Below, in pieces: positions 28,679 through 38,104 of a stretch of DNA of 64,000 bases. How positions within the stretch are numbered: the stretch's first letter is position 1; each line of letters begins with the position of its first letter. Made by a program: the position numbers and the translations under genes. This DNA is from an uncultured bacterium (lineage in GTDB: Bacteria; CSSED10-310; CAZUFC01): positions 8,570-72,569 of the forward strand of contig CAZUFC010000027.1 in assembly GCA_964619725.1 (NCBI GenBank), read 5' to 3'. The notes under the pieces are model-generated. The model was not told the DNA's origin. It was given only the letters and a program-made list of their open reading frames with translations, and did no database searches.

Positions 28679-31600
28679 TTAAAATTTATTTTTTCTGATA
28701 TAGGCCAGGAAAGCAACAGTGAGCGACAGCAGGAGGCTCAAAATGCCGACTGAACCGAGAGCGGGTATAGGCGCTGGAGTCGGCTGGACAGTTGGGGCGG
28801 CCGTCATTTCCGGAGTATAGCTGGGAGTTGCTGTAGGGGTATTCGTAGGAATTTCCGTAGGAATTTCAGTGGGTATTTCTGTCGGAATTTCGGTTGGGAC
28901 TTGAGTGGGTATATCTGTAGGAATTGCGGTGGGCGCTTGAGTAGGAATATCGGTAGGGAATGGCGTAGGGATGGGAGTAGGCGGTTGATCGTTGTAATGG
29001 AAGCCGATATCGACAGTTCCGTCGTCGTCAACGATATCGGTTCTGGTATTCAGTTCGCTGAGATAGATGCCGAGGACCTGGAGGTTTGCGGCTAGGTCGC
29101 TGCCGGCGTCGACGCATGGGCTGTCCTGAGATTGACCGGCTGCTATTTGGCTGAGATAGTTATTTCCGCTGGGACCTGATGTAAAAAGCGGGTCAGCAGC
29201 GATGTCATTGGGTCCGGCCGTGCATCCGAAATAATCCTGATTGTTATTCCACAAGCAATTGTAATCGATGGTGGGGTCTTTTGAGGAGTCGCCGGAGGCG
29301 TATCCTGTACTGATGAGTATTCCGATATTGGTTTGAGAAGCAATGATATTGTCTTTAATAACAGGTGAGGGATCGTATCCCAACAGATAGATGCCGTCGG
29401 AAGAATCCGCCAGCGTATTGTTTGTAATAAGAGGTTCCATGGAAAATTCGCCGTTGTTTTGAATTTTGACGCTTTGTTCGGCGACACCGGTAATCAGGTT
29501 ATTGGATATTACGCTTGTACATGTGCTTCCTGCGTCGATATCGATACCTCGCTGAGTATTCTTGATTATGTTATGGGCGAAGGTTCCTTCAGCGCCGGTT
29601 GAGTAATCGGCATTCAGGAAAATGCCCATGGTTTCGCCGATGTCAGCGGCATCGATGATGTTATCGGAAATGATGGGATTGGTGGTTTGCTTTGAGTCTT
29701 CCCGTTTATTGACGGGTTGCTGTGACCGCAGGTAAATTCCGCTGTCCATAATATTGCGGCTTATGGTCGGAATTAACTGATCGCTTGTGTTGACGCCTAT
29801 GCCGTATTCCGGTCCTCCGGAAATAATGTTATCCGTTATCGTAGGGGCCGAAATGTCGTAATGCGGCATGAATAATTCTCCGCAAAAAATCCCGTACATC
29901 CCCGCTTTTGCGTTGTACTGAGGAGAGAACATGCTGATTTCATTATTTGAGATGGTCGGAGTGACAGAACCACTCATTGCGGCAGCGAATACGCCGTTCT
30001 GTCTGGTTTTATCAATTTTATTATTTGAGACGACGGCAACGTTTTCGGCGCCGTAACTGCCGATTACTATTCCTGTGGAGCTGTCGAGAATCACATTGGA
30101 AGTTATGGCGGAATTTAAATTTCCATCTCCCGTGCCGGCGGCGATTCCGACGTTCATAGCTCCGCCGAAATAGGGGCCGGTGATAGTATTGTCCGTAATT
30201 TGAGCTGAATTGTATCCATTCACGGAATATGTAAAAATTCCGCCCATGTAGGCGCTGTCGATGGTGTTTTGAGCAACGCTGCCGGTCACGTTTAAGGTGT
30301 CGGACCAGCAGTAAACTCCGGCAACCACGTTGCTCAGATCATTCTGCGTAACGGATAAATTCATCGTGTTCTGTTTAGGATCGTCGGCTGAAGCGGGAGA
30401 ACCATATTCATAAACTGATATGCCGGTGTAGGAATCCATTATAACGTTATCGACGACGGATGGGGCCGTTTCGCCGTTGTAGACGACTGCTTGTACGCCG
30501 GCGCCGTATGCCCTGATTGAATTTCGGCTGATTTCGGGATCATTGGCGCCGTAATAGGCAAAAGAAACCATGCCGGTGGAGGATTCCAGAATTGAATTAT
30601 CGACGATAGTGGGCATTGAATTGCCTGCGTAGCTGTAGCCGCCTATTCCCAGGTCAAAGGCGGAAATAACGTTCTCACTGATGTACGATTCATTGTTGCA
30701 GAATTCAGAAACGGCAAGAATGCCTGTACTGCAGTTTAATAGTTTGTTGTCGACGATTGAAGGGGTGAATTCTGTATCTTTCGACACCTCTTCGGCGCTA
30801 TCTCTGAGGAAAATGCCTGTCTCGGCGTTTACAATCTCATTTTGCGAGATGCCGGAAGTCAGACTTCCGCTGACGGATGTCAGATAAATGCCCGTCCATT
30901 CGGCTGAAATTTTATTACCGACTATCGAACCTTCGACGTTTCCGTTAAGGGAGGAGCATGATATTCCCGATCCGCTTGCCGATTCAACCATATTGCCGGT
31001 TATGATCGGACTGGCTGAACTGTCGCCTCCAAACATTGATATTCCGTCATCATCAACAGCGAGCACGTTCTGAGAAACCACCGGTGATATTTCTCCATCA
31101 TAGGCGCTCAAGAAAATGCCTGTGTTGGAATCTATAATGAGGTTATCGATGACTGATGATGTGACGTTTCCGTTGGCATCTATGAAAATGCCGGTATCAG
31201 AATCGAATTCACTTCCGAAGATGGTGTTCTGATTGAAGTCCATCGTTATATTTCCATTCTCGGCGGCGGTTCTTATTCCAAATCCGAAGTTGTCCCCGCT
31301 GAAAATCTCGTTTTGAGAAATTGTTCCGCCGATGTCCGAGAATTCTGATTCACAATGGACTGCATAATTTCCTGAGTAAATAAAATTACGCGTTATGCTG
31401 GGATTGAACCCCTTTTTTTCCAGGCCGTAACCGTTACGGATAATTATGCCGGGATCGCCGGAAGTAATGAAGTTGTCGGAAATAGTCGGATCGACGATAT
31501 CGCCGCTGATGGACGCCATAAAAACACCCATATGCAAAGTATCGATATCATTATTGCTGCAGGTCGGCATCATGTATCCGTTATAGCCGTAGAAGTCAAT

Positions 31601-32542
31601 TCCGCTGTTGTTTGAAGTGATAGTGTTGTAAGTTATTTCGCTCTCGATATATCCGGAGTAAATATACATGTAGACGCCTTTTCCGAAGTAGGCGTTGAAC
31701 TGATTATTCGATATGGAGGTGTTGATGAAACCGGTATCGATGAAGAAATCGACTGCCGTTCCCCGGGATGTCACCTCGTTATAGGCGATCGCTGCCGTTA
31801 AATAATCGGCGTTTGTTTCAAAGGATATTCCAGCGCCTTCAGCCGTTATCGAGTTCATGCTGATGTCAATGTCTGCAGGCACGGAAGAGGTTGAATTCAC
31901 GGCAATGCCCCCGGAAACGTCGGTGATCGTATTGCCGGCTATGATCGGCGTTCCTTGAAGGATATCCCGGCCCGGACTGTATCCCGTTATGATCATGATT
32001 CCCGTGGGAGGATAAACAGAATAATAGTATTCCGTTCCTGAAATAACATTGTCGGTGATGGATGCGTCGGAATTGAAAGAATAAATGCCGTAATCGACGT
32101 AATAAGGAACGGCCGGATAGTTGATCGTATTGTTGGAGATCGTAACCGCACTGGAAGTAAGGTTTATCGCTTCCGGCGTCCAATTTACGACGTGAAAACC
32201 GTCTAAAAGTCCGTCCGTCAAGTTTGTAGCCGAAACTGGCGTCCCTGTTCCCGCTGCATCGATCACCGTAACATAGTTTACAATGTCACGACTCCAACCA
32301 GAAGATTCATAACCTCCCAGCAGCGATACTCCCTCTTTTAATTGGATCAGCTCCGAATAAACTCCCCGCGCCACCTGCACGGTGTCTCCGGACTCAGCAA
32401 TGGCCAGTGCTTCGTTTATCGTTTCAAAGTCTCCGCCTCCTGACCAGTCGACCTTGAAGACCGCTCCATGGACAGGAAGCATGAATCCCGCGATTCCGGC
32501 AAGAAAAAATGAAAATTGAATCATTCTCAACAGCTTTTTCAC
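28679..32542 (-). CDS. Large right-handed beta-helix surface protein with IPTE linker repeats and IPTL-CTERM-like tail
   Basis: Signal peptide, GDFETINEAL...GDTVQVARGVY, many IS.N.I...GI turns, and tail IPALGSVG-TM-RKNKF. Confidence 0.85.
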   Translation of the reverse strand: MKKLLRMIQFSFFLAGIAGFMLPVHGAVFKVDWSGGGDFETINEALAIAESGDTVQVARGVYSELIQLKEGVSLLGGYESSGWSRDIVNYVTVIDAAGTGTPVSATNLTDGLLDGFHVVNWTPEAINLTSSAVTISNNTINYPAVPYYVDYGIYSFNSDASITDNVISGTEYYYSVYPPTGIMIITGYSPGRDILQGTPIIAGNTITDVSGGIAVNSTSSVPADIDISMNSITAEGAGISFETNADYLTAAIAYNEVTSRGTAVDFFIDTGFINTSISNNQFNAYFGKGVYMYIYSGYIESEITYNTITSNNSGIDFYGYNGYMMPTCSNNDIDTLHMGVFMASISGDIVDPTISDNFITSGDPGIIIRNGYGLEKKGFNPSITRNFIYSGNYAVHCESEFSDIGGTISQNEIFSGDNFGFGIRTAAENGNITMDFNQNTIFGSEFDSDTGIFIDANGNVTSSVIDNLIIDSNTGIFLSAYDGEISPVVSQNVLAVDDDGISMFGGDSSASPIITGNMVESASGSGISCSSLNGNVEGSIVGNKISAEWTGIYLTSVSGSLTSGISQNEIVNAETGIFLRDSAEEVSKDTEFTPSIVDNKLLNCSTGILAVSEFCNNESYISENVISAFDLGIGGYSYAGNSMPTIVDNSILESSTGMVSFAYYGANDPEISRNSIRAYGAGVQAVVYNGETAPSVVDNVIMDSYTGISVYEYGSPASADDPKQNTMNLSVTQNDLSNVVAGVYCWSDTLNVTGSVAQNTIDSAYMGGIFTYSVNGYNSAQITDNTITGPYFGGAMNVGIAAGTGDGNLNSAITSNVILDSSTGIVIGSYGAENVAVVSNNKIDKTRQNGVFAAAMSGSVTPTISNNEISMFSPQYNAKAGMYGIFCGELFMPHYDISAPTITDNIISGGPEYGIGVNTSDQLIPTISRNIMDSGIYLRSQQPVNKREDSKQTTNPIISDNIIDAADIGETMGIFLNADYSTGAEGTFAHNIIKNTQRGIDIDAGSTCTSVISNNLITGVAEQSVKIQNNGEFSMEPLITNNTLADSSDGIYLLGYDPSPVIKDNIIASQTNIGILISTGYASGDSSKDPTIDYNCLWNNNQDYFGCTAGPNDIAADPLFTSGPSGNNYLSQIAAGQSQDSPCVDAGSDLAANLQVLGIYLSELNTRTDIVDDDGTVDIGFHYNDQPPTPIPTPFPTDIPTQAPTAIPTDIPTQVPTEIPTEIPTEIPTEIPTNTPTATPSYTPEMTAAPTVQPTPAPIPALGSVGILSLLLSLTVAFLAYIRKNKF

Positions 32543-32669
32543 CCTGGATCTCCTTGAAAAAAATTTAAATTCGAAAAAAGAGCCTCAAAATAATACATAA
32601 CTCCCTCATTAGTACTTCAATAAGAATATAATAAAAAAAAATCAGAAGTCAAATGTCTGATACAATTTT

Positions 32670-34685
32670 TTGCGCTTTGAATTTATTTTCGAATTTATGT
32701 ATTTTGATTTTGGAGAGCGTTTTATGGGGAGAGCGATCAGGAGCGCTTCCGAAAGCGGTATTTCAATTGAATCAGGATTATTTTTTTTATGGAGCAACTT
32801 GGAAACGAATAAGACAAAACATTTAACTTTTTTATTTTTTGCAGCGTTATTGGGTTTGACGGCTTATTCCAATTCTTTCAAAGCGCCGTTTCAGTGGGAC
32901 GGAAACGCTTTCATCAAGGGGAATCCAGCGGTCATGAATCCATCCTCATGGTTTTCTCCTATAAAGATAATGGGGCCGAAGTATTATTCTGCTTTCAAGC
33001 AAAGAAGCGTGACTTATATGACATTTGCTTTGAATTACCGGCTGCACGGTTTCGATGTTATGGGTTACCACATATTCAATTTCATAATTCATGCGGCGAA
33101 TGCATTTTTAGCTTACTTGCTTGTCATTCAATTATTGAGGAGTCCTTATCTGCGACGGGCATTCTTGTCGTCCGAAAGAGCCTGGATAGCCTTTTTCGTA
33201 TGCCTGTTTTTTATTTCTCATCCTGTACAGACGATGGCAGTCACTTATATTTATCAAAGGCTTACGTCTCTTGTAGCGTTTTTTTATTTAGCATCAGTCA
33301 ATCTGTATCTGGCCGCAAGACTGGGGAGGAAACGATTTTCAAAAGCCGGATGTCTGTCGTTAGCGGTTTTATGTGCTGCGACGGCCATGAAAACGAAACA
33401 GAACGCATTTACGATACCTGTGATTGCGGTCGTCATAGAATTTTTGTTTTTCAAAGGGCGAATCGCCAAACGGGCATTTCGATTGGTTCCGCTTTTTTTG
33501 ACCATGCTGATTATACCTTTGTCCATGGTTCATTTCGACAGGCCGATCGACGATATGATGAACGACTTCGGCGACGTGACGCAGGTTAACCAGGGCGTCA
33601 CGCGCCGGCAGTATCTGCTTACTCAATTTCGAGTCATAACGACTTACATCAGGCTGTTGCTGCTTCCAGTGAATCAGACTGTTCTATATGATTTTCCGAC
33701 GTCTCATTCGTTTTTTGAACTAAAGGTCCTCATTTCATTTTTATTCCTGTCGGTTTTATTCGGAGGGGCTGTTTTTTTGATATTTTTATCGAGGAAGCGC
33801 AGAAGGGAGTTACGGTTGATCGGATTCGGGATAATATGGTTTTTCATAACCTTGTCGGTTGAATCCAGCATAATTCCATTGCTGAAAATCCAGGAATACC
33901 GGGTTTATCTTCCTTCGATCGGATTCATAACGGCTGCGATTACAGGATTGTATGTCTTAAAGGAGAAGATAAAGAAATCCCGGATGAAGCGCGGCGTCCC
34001 GGCATTGCTTCTGGCGATAAGCTTCGTCTTGGCTGCAGCGACCTATACCCGGAATAGAGTTTATCGCGATAAGCATACTTTCTGGGCTGACGTTATGGAA
34101 AAATCCCCGAAGCGTCCGGAGGTTCACAATTACCTGGGCATGGAATTCAGGTCTGAGGGCAAACGAGAGAAAGCAAAGCAACATTTTCTGAAAGCGATAG
34201 AGCTGGGTTCGCTGCATGCTCCGCCTTACAATAATTTAGGAATGATGTACATGGTTGAAGGGGAATATGCAAAAGCAGAGCGTTATTACATGCAAGCTTT
34301 AAAATTAGACCCAGCCAATGAAGTCGTACACAGCAATCTGGGCAATGTCTATTTTTCGATGGGAAGAATCGAGGAATCCATAACGCACTATAAAAAAGCG
34401 ATAAAATTAAAGCCGAATTTTCCGGAGGCTCACAATAATCTCGGAGCGGCCTACAAAAAGAAAGGTATGCTTGAAGAAGCCGGAAAGGAACACCAACGGG
34501 CGATCGACCTTAAGCCGGACTATTATAATGCCCGGTATAATCTGGCGCTGGTTATGTATGAACAGGGCAAATTGAGCGCAGCCTTAAAAGAATGCATGGC
34601 AGCTCTAAATTTGAACCGTGATTTTCCTCAGGCGCAAAGACTTTATCGAAAGATTAAAGCCGCTGTTGAGCTGCGTAATCTCTGA
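32670..34685 (+). CDS. TMTC-like GT-C/TPR membrane protein
   Basis: YSNSF..PFQWDG, GYHIFN, SHPVQTMAVTYIYQR and QEYRVYLP motifs, then TPRs. The true start is probably further downstream. Confidence 0.78.
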   Translation: MRFEFIFEFMYFDFGERFMGRAIRSASESGISIESGLFFLWSNLETNKTKHLTFLFFAALLGLTAYSNSFKAPFQWDGNAFIKGNPAVMNPSSWFSPIKIMGPKYYSAFKQRSVTYMTFALNYRLHGFDVMGYHIFNFIIHAANAFLAYLLVIQLLRSPYLRRAFLSSERAWIAFFVCLFFISHPVQTMAVTYIYQRLTSLVAFFYLASVNLYLAARLGRKRFSKAGCLSLAVLCAATAMKTKQNAFTIPVIAVVIEFLFFKGRIAKRAFRLVPLFLTMLIIPLSMVHFDRPIDDMMNDFGDVTQVNQGVTRRQYLLTQFRVITTYIRLLLLPVNQTVLYDFPTSHSFFELKVLISFLFLSVLFGGAVFLIFLSRKRRRELRLIGFGIIWFFITLSVESSIIPLLKIQEYRVYLPSIGFITAAITGLYVLKEKIKKSRMKRGVPALLLAISFVLAAATYTRNRVYRDKHTFWADVMEKSPKRPEVHNYLGMEFRSEGKREKAKQHFLKAIELGSLHAPPYNNLGMMYMVEGEYAKAERYYMQALKLDPANEVVHSNLGNVYFSMGRIEESITHYKKAIKLKPNFPEAHNNLGAAYKKKGMLEEAGKEHQRAIDLKPDYYNARYNLALVMYEQGKLSAALKECMAALNLNRDFPQAQRLYRKIKAAVELRNL

Positions 34686-34694
34686 GGAAAGCTC

Positions 34695-36707
34695 ATGGGT
34701 TTTCAGCTACGGATAGGGGAAGCGCTGAACCGATTTTTTTGTCGTAAATGCTCCGCTTATTCCAGTTTTTCAAGAAAGATAAACAATAAAATATTTCAAC
34801 TTTTGATTATTTTGGCCACCGGAATGATCGCTTATTCCAATTCATTTTCAGTTCCATTTCAATGGGACGACATACCATTTATCGCGAACAATCCGGGAAT
34901 AAAAGACCCCGGAATGTTTTTCAATTCGCAGGAAAAACTGATGATCAGAGGAATACCTCACGTTCGACAGCGGATTATCGTTTTTTTATCCTTTGCGTTA
35001 AATTACAGAATTCATCAGCTTAGAACATGCGGGTATCATGCAGTCAATTTCATCATTCACGGGATAAACGGTTTACTGATTTATGGTTTAATTACATCAA
35101 TTTTTCAAACGCCTTTTTTCCGAAAAAGGAAAACTTCCCTGAATCCCAGGACGACGGCGTTCTATGCATCGCTGTTGTTTATTTCTCATCCTTTACAGAC
35201 GATGGCGGTAACTTATATTTATCAGAGATTAGCCTCATTGGTGGCGTTATTTTATTTTTTATCGGCGTTCCTGTTCATAAAATACAGACTGGAGCAGAAT
35301 AAAACAAAGGCGATATTTTTTTATACCGCTGCATTTCTCTCGACGCTCGCAGCCATGAAAACAAAGGAAAACGCTTTTACGTTGCCTTTCGTTCTTTTGC
35401 TGATCGAGCATCTATTCTTCCGGGGTCCATGGAAAAGCCGTCTGATCAGAATGATTCCGTTTCTGCTTGCTTTGACGGTTATTCCAGCGTCCTTCATCAG
35501 CTTTAAGGAACCTCTGCAAGAATCAACCGCTGAAATTGATGCGATGACCAAACCTCTTAAGGGAATATCACGCCTGCCGTTTTTTTATACTCAATTGAAA
35601 GTCCTGGTAATTTACCTGAGACTTTTATTTTTTCCTGTCGGTCAGTCGGTCATTTACTACATCGAAAGAGCATACACGCTTTTTAACGTTAAAGTCCTTC
35701 TGTCTGTGCTTTTTTTATCGTCGCTTTTTTTCGGGGCTGTTATAATTTGCAAGCGGTCCAGGAAGGCGCATGGCGAGCTGAGAGTCGTTTCCCTGGGAAT
35801 ATTCTGGTTTTTCATTACCATATCAGTCGAATCCGGATTCGTTCCCATAATAATGCTGCAGGAATATCGAGTCTATCTGCCTTCTTTCGGCATTTTCATG
35901 ACTTTTTCGGCGGGAATTTTTTATATACTGCAAAAAGTTGAGCGCAGAAGAATGAAAAAAGTGATCTATTCACTGTTGATCGTCATTCCTGTTTTGCTGA
36001 CGGGCGCGACATTCGCCAGGAACAGAGTCTGGCAGAGCAGGATCAGTTTATGGAAGGATGTGACGGAAAAGCAGCCATACATCGCCAAAGCCTTCGGGAA
36101 CCTGGGAGAGGCTTACCAGGAAGCCGGACGAATCAAGGAGGCGGTGGAACAGTTTGAGGAGGCGATAAGATTGAAGCCGGATTATGCCGCGCCTTACAGT
36201 AATCTGGGAATGATAAAACTCTCCCAGGGGAAGGCTGATGAAGCGATAGACTACTACCGTATTGCTATGGTCCTGGAGCCGGATTGGGAAGTAGTTTACA
36301 ACAATCTGGGCAACGCCTATCTGGCTAAAAACAAAACAGAAAAAGCCATGTATCATTATCTTAAGGCTCTCGAACTTAAACCGACCTATGCTGAAGCGCA
36401 CAACAATCTGGGCGTCGCTTATTCTTATGGAAAGCAATTCGATAAAGCCAAAAGACATCATGAACTGGCATTGAAATTCAAACCAGATTTTGCGGGAGCG
36501 CATTATAATCTGGGGCTTCTTTATGCTAAAACCGGATTATACGACAAGGCTGCATTGGAGTGCCGGAAAGCGCTGAATATTATACCCGACTATGAAAAGG
36601 CGCAGCAATTGTTGGAGAGGATGAAGTCGGCTGGAGGCGCCGGTATGGGGAGCAACGGATCGATACGGATTTCGAGCCCGACGCCGATTGAATCCGGGCG
36701 GCGATAA
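34695..36707 (+). CDS. TMTC-like GT-C/TPR membrane protein, tandem paralog of the preceding gene
   Basis: YSNSF..PFQWDD, SHPLQTMAVTYIYQR, KTKE and QEYRVYLP motifs, then TPRs. Confidence 0.8.
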   Translation: MGFQLRIGEALNRFFCRKCSAYSSFSRKINNKIFQLLIILATGMIAYSNSFSVPFQWDDIPFIANNPGIKDPGMFFNSQEKLMIRGIPHVRQRIIVFLSFALNYRIHQLRTCGYHAVNFIIHGINGLLIYGLITSIFQTPFFRKRKTSLNPRTTAFYASLLFISHPLQTMAVTYIYQRLASLVALFYFLSAFLFIKYRLEQNKTKAIFFYTAAFLSTLAAMKTKENAFTLPFVLLLIEHLFFRGPWKSRLIRMIPFLLALTVIPASFISFKEPLQESTAEIDAMTKPLKGISRLPFFYTQLKVLVIYLRLLFFPVGQSVIYYIERAYTLFNVKVLLSVLFLSSLFFGAVIICKRSRKAHGELRVVSLGIFWFFITISVESGFVPIIMLQEYRVYLPSFGIFMTFSAGIFYILQKVERRRMKKVIYSLLIVIPVLLTGATFARNRVWQSRISLWKDVTEKQPYIAKAFGNLGEAYQEAGRIKEAVEQFEEAIRLKPDYAAPYSNLGMIKLSQGKADEAIDYYRIAMVLEPDWEVVYNNLGNAYLAKNKTEKAMYHYLKALELKPTYAEAHNNLGVAYSYGKQFDKAKRHHELALKFKPDFAGAHYNLGLLYAKTGLYDKAALECRKALNIIPDYEKAQQLLERMKSAGGAGMGSNGSIRISSPTPIESGRR

Positions 36708-37104
36708 ACCGGCCGGACTGTCAAATATCTCTGTTTCATAATACAAAAGCTAAATTCCGTTTTATCGATTACAGGATTTTCGAGTTACCGGCAAAAACTT
36801 GTCAGTTTTTTTCGTCGAAAAACGCGACAAGTCAGCGCCTGCTTATGAATTCGATTATCGATTAAAATTTTTCTGCTGGAGAGGCGCTGCGGTTCCTGGG
36901 CAAAAAAGTTATAAACGGCTGACGGCCCGATTTTGTCGCGAAGAAGATTGATCGGTCTCGATAATTGAGATATTATTTATTTTGTGGGAGATTCGAGTTA
37001 TTGGTTTGCGAACATTCAAAATGCATCGCGAGCCGGGAGCATCGTATGGAAGAATCTTCAGCAGTCATTCATAAGGCTGAAGGAAGGCGAAAAGGGGAGC
37101 AAGC

Positions 37105-37881
37105 ATGAAAAAAATTTTTATCGGATGTCTTGGATTTCTCGTCATAATCGTTACCGGGTTTGTATTAGTTTTCCTGCTGACTTCAAACATGGTCGGCACT
37201 ACGGATAAATTTTTTACGGCCGTAAAAGAGAAGGATTTTGAGAAAGCTTACGAATACACCTCTGAAGAATTTCAAGCAGGAACGTCGCTGGAGTCTCTTA
37301 AAAGATTTTTAGAGCAATCCGCTATAATCGATTACAAAGCTGCGACCTGGAATTCGCGTTCTATAACTCAAAACCAGGGTCAGTTGAAGGGCGCATTGGA
37401 AACGATCGAGGGGGGAACGATACCGGTTGAGGTATCCCTGGTTAAGGAGGAAGGAGGATGGAGAATCCAGCATATTCGCAAGCAGGCTTCAGGAATCGAG
37501 GAGAGCGTCAGTGAGAAAACAATTCCTCCTGAAGAGGAATTGAAGAAAATGACGAACGAGTCTATGCTTTTGTTGGCGGAAGCGATTAATGCAGAGGATT
37601 TCAGCGAATTCCACGCCGGCATATCCAGGTTATGGCAGTCTCAGATGACTGAGGAAGAATTGCTGGAAATTTTTAAACCCTTTACGGAAATAGATGTCGA
37701 TTTAACTTTCGTGAAAAATTTGGAGCCTGTGTTCAGCGAGCCGCCTAAAATAAATGAGGATGAACTTTTGTTGCTGAAAGGTTATTATCCATCCAAGCCT
37801 CCGATAGTGAATTTTGATTTGAAGTATATTTATGAGTATCCCGATTGGGAATTGTTCGGCATCCAGGTGAATCTTAAATGA
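37105..37881 (+). CDS. Hypothetical protein with N-terminal membrane anchor
   Basis: GGGGAG RBS and N-terminal TM segment. The two halves loosely resemble NTF2-like domains (weak). Confidence 0.7.
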   Translation: MKKIFIGCLGFLVIIVTGFVLVFLLTSNMVGTTDKFFTAVKEKDFEKAYEYTSEEFQAGTSLESLKRFLEQSAIIDYKAATWNSRSITQNQGQLKGALETIEGGTIPVEVSLVKEEGGWRIQHIRKQASGIEESVSEKTIPPEEELKKMTNESMLLLAEAINAEDFSEFHAGISRLWQSQMTEEELLEIFKPFTEIDVDLTFVKNLEPVFSEPPKINEDELLLLKGYYPSKPPIVNFDLKYIYEYPDWELFGIQVNLK

Positions 37882-37970
37882 TGAATTTCATCTGATGATT
37901 ATTGCAGGACTTTAATCAGCGGGCAGGCGCGACGGAATCAGCCTTTTGCAATTGAAAGGCATAGAAACGA

Positions 37971-38005
37971 TTTCGGACGCTGTTCCGAACAAACAGCGTC
38001 CGAAA
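37971..38005. terminator. Hairpin between convergent genes
   Basis: tttcggacgctgtt...aacagcgtccgaaa perfect stem. Confidence 0.55.
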
Positions 38006-38104
38006 TTCAAATGTCATGATTGATAAAGTCTGTAAACATGCTCTTTTGTAATCCGGCATGCCGGTATGGAGAGTAGCCGGAATTAAAGAGCTTTTGTTCA
38101 GGCA

